A DNA stretch of 64,000 bases from Candidatus Culexmicrobium cathedralense (GTDB lineage: Archaea > Thermoproteota > Methanomethylicia > Culexarchaeales > Culexmicrobiaceae). This document shows positions 9,808 to 17,939 of this stretch, one piece after another. The translations under genes were made by a program, and so were the position numbers. The number at the start of each line of letters is the position of its first letter. Positions within the stretch are counted from its first letter, which is position 1. A model generated the notes under the pieces. That model saw only the letters and a program-made list of their open reading frames with translations, did no database searches and was not told the origin of the DNA. The DNA lies in the NCBI GenBank assembly GCA_025061115.1, contig JANZKC010000001.1, positions 160,001-224,000 of the forward strand. The letters are read 5' to 3'.

Positions 9808-10878
9808 CTACTTCAACTTAAATCCACGTTTTCTAGCATAAATAATCATCAAGGCCACAACAATTAAAACAACAACTATTGAAACATAACCCAAAATCTG
9901 CGTTAAAGGTAAACTAGGAATCTTAAATCCCTTTTCAACAACTTTAAATTTGATCCGTATACCATCAATCAACTTGCCTGGAATGTTATAATACGGCTTA
10001 TCTATAATAGCATCATTGGTAATCGCATAAGAAACAATCACCCCCTCCATTCTTCCTCTTCCAATAACATAATCAATAGATGAGAAGTAAATGTCTTCAA
10101 AAACGTAGTCAAGATTACCTGGCCTTTGAAATTCAATATAAATAACTGATTTAAAAGACTTTTTACTAGCAGTGAAAGGTTCAGTTATATTCAAAATTTC
10201 AAACAAATCAAAAACATAAGTTTTACCAGCTTTAAAACTATAATAATTATCAAATTTTTTCTTAATTTCAATTTTGTAACTCCAATAACCTAAAGATTTA
10301 TCATAAGTCATTATAAATGACAATAAAGTTCCATTAGTCATAAAGCATTTACTCTTTATGAAAGAAAGAAAACCATCTTCAGGCCTTACTTCAAAAAATA
10401 AATCTATAATTTTATTGACATCAATATCAAACACTTTGTATATTAAATATAATATCCTAACTTTAGTTCCAGTCCATGGATTTGTCACATCAACAGGCTT
10501 CTTCTCGGCCAATTCACAATATGCCCCAAAATATGTACTCACTATTTTTTGAGCAGTTATCTGTCCAATCTCCTCAGCCTCTTCAAAGCTAAAGTCCATG
10601 CAATTATAGCGTAAGCACAAATTTGTATGAACTCCAATTAAAGTAGAGATTGAAAAAGACTCCAACTTATCAATATGCGGTATGTTTAATATGTTTAAGT
10701 TAAATATATCTAAAAATGGCTTTTCAAGTTTAGATTCAAGAAATATTATGATGGAACCATCTTTGTTTATTATTACTCTTATTTCTTCATGAGGCTCCAA
10801 AATTACCTGAGAACTCAAGAAATTATGTAGCATCAAGAGGATTAAGATAGGCATTATCCTACTTTTCATCAAAATCAC
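9808..10878 (-). CDS. Membrane-anchored surface protein, paralog B
   Basis: Signal peptide, C-terminal TM + RKR tail; shares KIIDLF..V.P..GF and IDG..IKF.V.EKGF with 5357-6469. Confidence 0.78.
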   Translation of the reverse strand: MILMKSRIMPILILLMLHNFLSSQVILEPHEEIRVIINKDGSIIIFLESKLEKPFLDIFNLNILNIPHIDKLESFSISTLIGVHTNLCLRYNCMDFSFEEAEEIGQITAQKIVSTYFGAYCELAEKKPVDVTNPWTGTKVRILYLIYKVFDIDVNKIIDLFFEVRPEDGFLSFIKSKCFMTNGTLLSFIMTYDKSLGYWSYKIEIKKKFDNYYSFKAGKTYVFDLFEILNITEPFTASKKSFKSVIYIEFQRPGNLDYVFEDIYFSSIDYVIGRGRMEGVIVSYAITNDAIIDKPYYNIPGKLIDGIRIKFKVVEKGFKIPSLPLTQILGYVSIVVVLIVVALMIIYARKRGFKLK

Positions 10879-10936
10879 ATAAATAATTTAAGAAAAATAT
10901 ATATAAGTTTTTTCAAAGAAAGAGTGGTGCTTTAAC

Positions 10937-11359
10937 GTGAAGACATCTATAATTACCTTTGTATTGCTAGGCATTCTGTCCATCATCCCTCAAGCACTTG
11001 CAATAAACATAATACAGCCGTGCTGATATGTTGATATCCATGGATTTTTAAATTATGTAGAAGATTTTGACCAGTACTTTCACTGGGGATCATGTTATGA
11101 TGTAGTGACATTTTATGTCATTGATCCGCCGCCTAATGAGGGAGTCTACTTAAAAATTGAAGGTTTAGACATTGATGGTAAAGTTGTAGATGCGGAGTGC
11201 ATAGCGCCAAGTTCATTTGTCTGGCAAGTAGAATTGGTACCGGAAAACGGTACTTCAATATGGTATGTCAAAATAACATATTTATGGTGGTCCGGAGATT
11301 CTCCAGCTCCGGTTGTTGAATATTATGGTGACATATATTATACTGGCGGTCCAGTATAA
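10937..11359 (+). pseudogene. Small secreted beta-rich protein with in-frame TGA at 11024-11026
   Basis: GTG 10937 gives signal peptide MKTSIITFVLLGILSIIPQALA; the same frame continues past a single TGA into ORF 11105-11359. Confidence 0.65.
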
Positions 11360-11367
11360 ATTCAATT

Positions 11368-12273
11368 TTATATTATTAAATTTGTTTCCCATTTTAATTG
11401 TTTGTGATAAGTTTTGTGTGGTTTGAACTCAGCTTTTAATTTTTCGGGGTTTTCTCCTTTCCATGGTATTTTGGTTGGATTTATTTCGCCATATCCCCAT
11501 TTGTGTAGGTAGTGGAGGTAGCCTATGTCTTGTGGGTTGAAGCCCATCATGTAGGCGGTTAGCGAGTCGAGGTGCAGTGGATTTGTTGATGCTAGGAATG
11601 CTCCCCACTTTATGGGTTCGCCGTGCACTGGGCCGTTTCCTTGCATTCCTTCTAGGCCGTCGATGACTCCTAGGTCTGGCATTACTTTTGCTGCTACTTT
11701 TGCTATGTTTAGGTTGATGTAGTGGTATCCTTGATGCATTAATGGTTTTTCTCTGCGTGGAATTACTCCCATGGACATGTTTTTGATTGTTAAGGTGACT
11801 ATTACTGTGTCGTGAGTTTTTGGTCTGCAGATTGATATTTTGAAGAGATTCTCGTTTAGGGCTATTTTTGCTAGTCTTATGTTGAATTTTTCTCCTTTGC
11901 TGTTAAAGACTTCTATTGTTTCAAATTCATCTTCGTCGAGATATATGAATTCTATTGGGTATTTTTCTTTAAGCTTTATGTAATCGTAATTTTTTAATGC
12001 GTCCCAAAGCGTTCCGTCCGCCGGCGACTCGGCCATAATTACTTCACTTGGACTGAAGTTTTCGTATAGGTAGCTTAGTAGTACATCTACAGCTTCTACT
12101 GGTGTTGCTGAAAGCATAACTTTAACTGACACGAAGTTTGGCTTGACCAGTATTTTCTTTCGATTGCGCATCTTAACTTCTATTTCATTTCTTATTAATT
12201 CAAGAGCGTTCCAAATTCCTTCTTGCCTTGAATCTGCCTTCACTATTGAAACTGAGCCCTTCATCGTATTCAC
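11368..12273 (-). CDS. DUF362 domain protein
   Basis: LVKPNFV, PKTH..VTLTIKN..G, IDGLEGMQGNGP motifs. Confidence 0.85.
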   Translation of the reverse strand: MNTMKGSVSIVKADSRQEGIWNALELIRNEIEVKMRNRKKILVKPNFVSVKVMLSATPVEAVDVLLSYLYENFSPSEVIMAESPADGTLWDALKNYDYIKLKEKYPIEFIYLDEDEFETIEVFNSKGEKFNIRLAKIALNENLFKISICRPKTHDTVIVTLTIKNMSMGVIPRREKPLMHQGYHYINLNIAKVAAKVMPDLGVIDGLEGMQGNGPVHGEPIKWGAFLASTNPLHLDSLTAYMMGFNPQDIGYLHYLHKWGYGEINPTKIPWKGENPEKLKAEFKPHKTYHKQLKWETNLII

Positions 12274-12400
12274 TCATTATTTTCATAGGCATCTACTGCT
12301 TTTGAATCTTTACTAATATTCTTAAGTATCATGCCTATGAACGCTAATTAAATGCAGGGTTATGACATAAATGCGAAAATTGTATGTTAAGCTTTAAAAT

Positions 12401-12960
12401 TTAATTTTTTACCAACAGTATGAAGATGAGCTCTTTTATATTCTCAATGCACTTTATTTTCAAATTTCTCTTCTTTAATTCAAATATTATTATTGTTAGT
12501 AAGCTCAGCATGAAGATTACTTGCATTATCATTGAAGCCAATATCCAGTCGCCAAGTAGAATTAAAGCGTCGATGCTTTCACTTGTTATTGGCCAGAAAA
12601 GTGGATTGTAGGGGTGATGCAGCGAATCTGTTATTAAGTGAATTTCGGATGACAGCTGCACTGAGAAGGCATAGTTGACTGTGCTGTGTTCATGTTTGAA
12701 CTTTTTACTCAATATTTTTCGATAAACATTCTGTAAAGTGGAAGTAGGATTAAGCCGATGATCCATGATAAAGCTAGCGAACCGATTAGGCTATGTAAAA
12801 CTAATCTGTTGAATGGTGGATATAAGCCAATTAGGAAGAGTATTGGAGTTTCTATATCCGGAATAGCGGATCCAATTACTAACCCTGGCAGACTTAATTT
12901 TCTTCTACTAATTTTATGAATAGCATATGCATGAACGTAGTGGAGGGGAGTTAAAACCAT
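12401..12960 (-). pseudogene. DUF4184-like membrane-bound metal-dependent hydrolase, frameshifted near 12715
   Basis: TPLH...GLVIGSAIPD...HS (12709-12960) and HLITDSLHH..NPLFWP (12401-12766) are joined by a one-base slip in an A5 run. Confidence 0.72.
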
Positions 12961-12995
12961 AATGTAGCATCTCTTAACAACTTATTTCATTAATG

Positions 12996-14972
12996 CTAAG
13001 TTTTGTCGATTAGTTTTTGAACTTTCACTAGAGTTGAATTGAATATTGGGCCTCCGCCTATTACTTGCGTTTCACATGGTACGAGAGTGTTTTGAGCTTC
13101 TTGATTTAACCCTATTAGCTGTCTTGGAGCCCACATGGCGCCTCTGGAAACTTTCTCTGTCACTATTGCCCTAACCTCTACTACACCAAGTTCATTATAA
13201 AGCTCGACGATGTCTCCATCTTTAATGTTTAGATTTTTAGCGTCATCAATGTTTATCCATACAATTTGTGGGATATCTCCATATACTTCTCGGAATTGAG
13301 TGTGGGTGTATTTTGAAGTTGAGCTGTTTAATAGGATCATGTATCCCTCCTTCATCTTAAGCTGATGCTGTTTCGGCAGTGGATTTAAACCCAGTTTTTC
13401 AGCTTTCTTCGAGGAAAACTCTATTTTGCCTGTTATGGTTTGATATCTGCTTTTTTGCTTTACTTTAAGTTTTAATGTTGCGCCATTAATTAAGTCTTCA
13501 AATGAGCCATTTTCTATAGCATCTTTAAGTGCTATGCGAAGTGCATGCAATGGATCTTCATAGATCCACTCATCCTTCAATCCAAGCCTAACGGCTAATT
13601 CCCTCATAATCCAAATCTCATCTTTGCTTTCACCCAAAGGCTCCACCGCTTTATTTGAAATTCTAATGTATCTGTGACTGTATGGAATGACTACATCGAC
13701 TTTTTCTAGGTAGGTTGGAGCTGGCAATACAATATCAGCATATTTTGCTGTTTCAGTCCAGTGGGTATCGTGAACTACCACAAAAACATCACTTCTATTT
13801 AATCCTCTTCTAACTGCATTTTGATCTGGCAGGGTAACTGCTGGATTCATATTATAAATATATATGAATTTGAATTCTCCTCTTTCAAGTAGCTTGCCAA
13901 GCGCTACTTGACTTACTATTGATGGCTTCCTTGCTGTTAGGCTTTCGCCTGTCAAGTATGAAATATCGATACTCCATCCTTTACTATTGGTGTAGTAGAA
14001 GCCTCTATTCAATCCTAACAGTGCAGGGATGAGTACAATTGCTCTAACTGACTCGGCGCCGTACTTGCTCTTTTGTAGTCCTATTCCTATCATGGTTGCG
14101 CTTGGCTTTAAATTACCGTAGAATTCCCCTAGCTCTTCAATTAAACTCCACTTGATGCCAGTTACTTCTTCCACTTTTTCAGGCGTCCACTTCATTGCTT
14201 CCTCTTTAAATTTCTCATACCCATAGGTCCACTTCTCAATGAAATCTAAGTCTACGTAATTATGGTCTATAAGATATCTTGCAACTCCATATGCTAATGC
14301 GACATCGCTTCCAGGTTTAGGTTGAAGCCACTTGTCTGCCTTTTCTGCGGATTCACTCCTTCTAGGATCAATTACTACTAGTTGAGCTCCGCGCTTTTTA
14401 GCTTCGAGAGATAAGGCCCACAAGTGAGGAGCACTAACTGCAGCATTAAATCCCCAAAATACTATAAGTTTCATTTCAGGAAGTTCGTCAGGCTGAATTC
14501 CATAGGTTAATCCGTAGTGCATGGAGATAGCTTCATGACCAGATTTACTGCAAATACTGTAATCTGTTCTAGTTGCTCCAATTGCGTACCACAACCTCTG
14601 CGAGAAATATTGAGTGAGCAAGCCCATGTTTCCACTGTACTCTAGGTGCAGAATTGCTTGAGGACCATAATTCTCCAAAACCTCTTTAAGCCTACTAGCG
14701 ATCATGTCTAAAGCTTCAGTCCATGAAACTTTCACGAATACTCCACTATTCTTACAACCTATCCTAATATGTGGGTAGAGGATTCTATTGCTGCTGTAAA
14801 CTCTTTCAGGATCTTTTGCAGCTCTAGGGCAGGTGAAGCCTCTAGTAATTGGGTGACCTACTTCACCTTCAACGCGAATTAACTTGCCATTTTCAACCAA
14901 AGCTACTAGGAAACATGTGTCATAGCAATCTCTAGCACAAACGGTTTTAATTCGCTTCATAGCAAACTCCAC
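12996..14972 (-). CDS. Molybdopterin (bis-MGD) oxidoreductase, DMSO-reductase superfamily
   Basis: CARDCYDTC...C Fe-S motif, WTETAKYADIVLPA, C-terminal molydop_binding domain. Confidence 0.9.
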   Translation of the reverse strand: MEFAMKRIKTVCARDCYDTCFLVALVENGKLIRVEGEVGHPITRGFTCPRAAKDPERVYSSNRILYPHIRIGCKNSGVFVKVSWTEALDMIASRLKEVLENYGPQAILHLEYSGNMGLLTQYFSQRLWYAIGATRTDYSICSKSGHEAISMHYGLTYGIQPDELPEMKLIVFWGFNAAVSAPHLWALSLEAKKRGAQLVVIDPRRSESAEKADKWLQPKPGSDVALAYGVARYLIDHNYVDLDFIEKWTYGYEKFKEEAMKWTPEKVEEVTGIKWSLIEELGEFYGNLKPSATMIGIGLQKSKYGAESVRAIVLIPALLGLNRGFYYTNSKGWSIDISYLTGESLTARKPSIVSQVALGKLLERGEFKFIYIYNMNPAVTLPDQNAVRRGLNRSDVFVVVHDTHWTETAKYADIVLPAPTYLEKVDVVIPYSHRYIRISNKAVEPLGESKDEIWIMRELAVRLGLKDEWIYEDPLHALRIALKDAIENGSFEDLINGATLKLKVKQKSRYQTITGKIEFSSKKAEKLGLNPLPKQHQLKMKEGYMILLNSSTSKYTHTQFREVYGDIPQIVWINIDDAKNLNIKDGDIVELYNELGVVEVRAIVTEKVSRGAMWAPRQLIGLNQEAQNTLVPCETQVIGGGPIFNSTLVKVQKLIDKT

Positions 14973-15116
14973 GCCGATGGAAATTACAAACTACATTGCA
15001 CAATTACACAATTATCCCTTTTACTTTCTTATCTAGCAAAGCTAAATTAAAGCTCCTCAGCTACAACTTCAATTACTCACCATCTTTATATTTCTCACTT
15101 CACTTTGAAATGATGG

Positions 15117-16493
15117 ATGGTGCTTGAAATGTCCTTTAGAGATGAGGGTAAAGAGCTCAGCATGATTTTAGAGAGAGGTAAATGCGCTTGGGGTAGATGC
15201 TACTTCTGCGGTTGGGGTAAAAAGGAAGTTAAAGTTAGCATTAATAAATTGAAACGGAGATTAGAGGGGTTCTTAAAGAAGCACTCTAAGGCTGGGAAAA
15301 TTGGGAAGCTAAAGATTTTCTCGTCTGGAAGCTTTCTAGATGAAAAGCAGTTTCCAAGTGAATTCGTCAAGTTTGTTGTTGAAGCCGCTGAAAAATATGG
15401 TGTTGAGGAGCTTGTGGTTGAGTCTAGGCCGGAGTTCATAACTGATAATAGACTTAAGCTCTTAAAGAGCAGTAAAGTTAAGGTTACTGTTGCTATGGGC
15501 TTAGAAATTGCTGATAACGACATTCTAACGAATTTCTATAGAAAGGGTTTTAGAGTTGAAGATTACTTGAATGCTGTTGAAACATTGCGTAGAAATGGGT
15601 TTGGAGTTAGAGCTTATGTTCTAGTTAATGGTCACCCAATTTTATATGAGAATCCTGATTTGCAGAGGAAACTCCTTGACAAAACTATGGAGTTGGCTTT
15701 GAAAATTGCCGATACAATTGTTATAATTAATGCTTACCCCCATGTTAAGGCTGATTTATGGAATGACTGGATTGAGGGCAGGTGGAAACCACTTGACGAG
15801 AAACAGTTTTACGATTTAGTAGGAAAATGGCGTGACAACCCTAAAGTTGAGCTTGACTTCAACAATTACTACTTCATTCCAAAATTTCCTAGAGAAAAGA
15901 AGGTGTTATTGAAGGGAGTTGGACATGACTTTTTAGTTCACCCATACTATGAGGTTTGGCAGGACTACTTCGTCCGCTTCTACAAGCCTCCTAAAGGCAA
16001 AGATTACGTCTTATTCCTTCCATGCGCATATAGGAAGCCCTATACGAGGTCTAGGACTTGGAAAGCAATTTTAGGAGCTATTTCAGGCTATCCATTCTTT
16101 AAGAAGCTACATTTAATTGCAGTTAGCAGCCCAGGCGTAATACCGTATGAATTTATAAATTACTATCCATTCAACGCCTATGACTGGCCTGAATGGCTTG
16201 AAACTCAGGAAATTAAGAGAGAGTACATTGAAGTCACGAAGGAGAGAGTAAAGAATTATGTGAAAGCTCATGAAAAATGCTACAAACTCTACTTCGCATA
16301 CTTCAAGCCTGACGCAGAAACAATGAGGGCAATTAAACTCGCATTTGAAGAGATGAAGTTAATTGAAAAGCTCGTAGTTATAATTGATGAAGAGACGTAC
16401 GCTAAAATTGTTGAAGAGAAGTTTAAGCCCCCAGTTGCACATCCACTTGCACTGGAAAAGCTTAGAAAAATATTGAGGCAGTTTTTAGCTTAA
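15117..16493 (+). CDS. RaSEA-type (TIGR01210) radical SAM fused to DUF5591/ArcS-core domain; putative archaeosine synthesis protein
   Basis: N-terminal CAWGRCYFC, KIFSSGSFLD, VESRPEF, MGLEIAD; C-terminal FLPCAYRKPY..S and SSPGVIPYE...YP..YD. Confidence 0.8.
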   Translation: MVLEMSFRDEGKELSMILERGKCAWGRCYFCGWGKKEVKVSINKLKRRLEGFLKKHSKAGKIGKLKIFSSGSFLDEKQFPSEFVKFVVEAAEKYGVEELVVESRPEFITDNRLKLLKSSKVKVTVAMGLEIADNDILTNFYRKGFRVEDYLNAVETLRRNGFGVRAYVLVNGHPILYENPDLQRKLLDKTMELALKIADTIVIINAYPHVKADLWNDWIEGRWKPLDEKQFYDLVGKWRDNPKVELDFNNYYFIPKFPREKKVLLKGVGHDFLVHPYYEVWQDYFVRFYKPPKGKDYVLFLPCAYRKPYTRSRTWKAILGAISGYPFFKKLHLIAVSSPGVIPYEFINYYPFNAYDWPEWLETQEIKREYIEVTKERVKNYVKAHEKCYKLYFAYFKPDAETMRAIKLAFEEMKLIEKLVVIIDEETYAKIVEEKFKPPVAHPLALEKLRKILRQFLA

Positions 16494-16504
16494 AATAGCC
16501 GTAA

Positions 16505-17227
16505 TTACTTTAATTTAAATACTCGTAAAGCATTTTCGCCCAGTACTAACTCTAATTCACGCCTGCTAAGGCCGGAAACTCTCACCTTCTCTAATTCAAA
16601 TGCTGGATGGCCGAAAGGCATGTCAGAGCCATAAAGTATTCTTTCAGGTCCTAACACTTCAGCTGCCTCCTTAATTTTACTGTGCATTGGCATTCCAGAG
16701 GTCTCGAGCATTATGTTTTCATGCTTCTTCGCAATTTCAATTGCACCATTAATGTAAACTATGTGTCCATGCCCCATGTGACCAAGGATTATGGTTACAT
16801 CCGGAAACCTATCTGCTAATGGCGAGAAATGCCATGGAAGCGACCACGGCGGATGACCGCAGTGGAATAGTACTGGAATGCCATGTTTTCGAGCCCTTTC
16901 CATTATTGGATCAACTATTTCTTGATCAGGCAAGTAGGAGTCTAATAGTGGATGCAGCTTAATTCCCTTGAAATTCCACTCAATTACTGCTTTATCAATT
17001 AACTTTATCGCCTCATCACCGCGATGAGGATTAACCCAAACTAAGCCCGCCAACCTCTCTGGATACTTCTGTACAGCCTTTAAAGTTAATTCATTTGGAA
17101 GTGAAAAGACAATCGACTTTTCAATGTTATATTCATCCATCAATTTTATCATGGAATCGGCATCTAATCTGACATTGAAAAGAGGAAAATCGCCTAAATG
17201 GGTATGCGAATCCACGATCACAGACAT
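16505..17227 (-). CDS. Amidohydrolase_2 family metal-dependent hydrolase
   Basis: DSHTH, GIKLHP, FHCG, GHMG, YGSDMP; GAGGTGA RBS before Met at 17227. Confidence 0.88.
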   Translation of the reverse strand: MSVIVDSHTHLGDFPLFNVRLDADSMIKLMDEYNIEKSIVFSLPNELTLKAVQKYPERLAGLVWVNPHRGDEAIKLIDKAVIEWNFKGIKLHPLLDSYLPDQEIVDPIMERARKHGIPVLFHCGHPPWSLPWHFSPLADRFPDVTIILGHMGHGHIVYINGAIEIAKKHENIMLETSGMPMHSKIKEAAEVLGPERILYGSDMPFGHPAFELEKVRVSGLSRRELELVLGENALRVFKLK

Positions 17228-17237
17228 GCGAATCACC

Positions 17238-17756
17238 TCAAACAACATACTCTACTCTCATCGCCTTTCGAATAGCAGCCATTAATGGAATTGTAACTAT
17301 TATGTCAACAGCGCTAAGCGGGAAGAATGTTATTAGGTCTAGGTAAGCTACTGGACCTAAAAGCCAATAATCATATAGGAAGTATGCAGTGTTTTTCCAT
17401 ATGTGGCTAATGATCATTGCCAACAGCTCTGATGTCCTGGGCTTATTGCTAATAATTCTCCTCATTTTACCTAAAATAAATCCCATAATTCCACGTATAA
17501 CTATAGTTGCTGGAGCCCACTGAATAAAAGCACTCTGATACATTGGATTCCAAACGTCGAATAAAGCTGCTCCAACACCACATGCAAAAGCACCAATCTT
17601 CGGTCCAAACATTATTGCAGCGATAAAGGAAGCCACATCACCCAAATGCCAAACACCCAAAGGTTTCGGCATTGGAACAGCAATACAAGTCATAACGTAC
17701 ACTAGTGCAGTCATAGCAGCAGTATAAGCAATAACCTTCGCTCCACTTGTACTCAT
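17238..17756 (-). CDS. ECF transporter S-component
   Basis: AAMTALV, HLGD...FGP..GA..GVGAALFD, W.PAT pattern; about 5 TM helices. Confidence 0.85.
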   Translation of the reverse strand: MSTSGAKVIAYTAAMTALVYVMTCIAVPMPKPLGVWHLGDVASFIAAIMFGPKIGAFACGVGAALFDVWNPMYQSAFIQWAPATIVIRGIMGFILGKMRRIISNKPRTSELLAMIISHIWKNTAYFLYDYWLLGPVAYLDLITFFPLSAVDIIVTIPLMAAIRKAMRVEYVV

Positions 17757-17939
17757 GATTGAGCCCTCATCAACATAATGATGATAAACTTATATGCTGA
17801 TACTAATGCCGCAATAATAATGATATAATATTGAAGATTTAATATTAAAAATTTTAATTAATTTATGTAGTGCATTGAAGTCGAGGAGGTCATTATGGAA
17901 CTCAAGGAGATTCATTAAATATAAAGATTAGACTTAAAT

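Noticed and set aside
17778-17835. Second C/D-box sRNA (ATGATGA...CTGA) on the plus strand
   Set aside because: No convincing C' or terminal D box and an AT-rich guide; better explained as promoter or operator DNA
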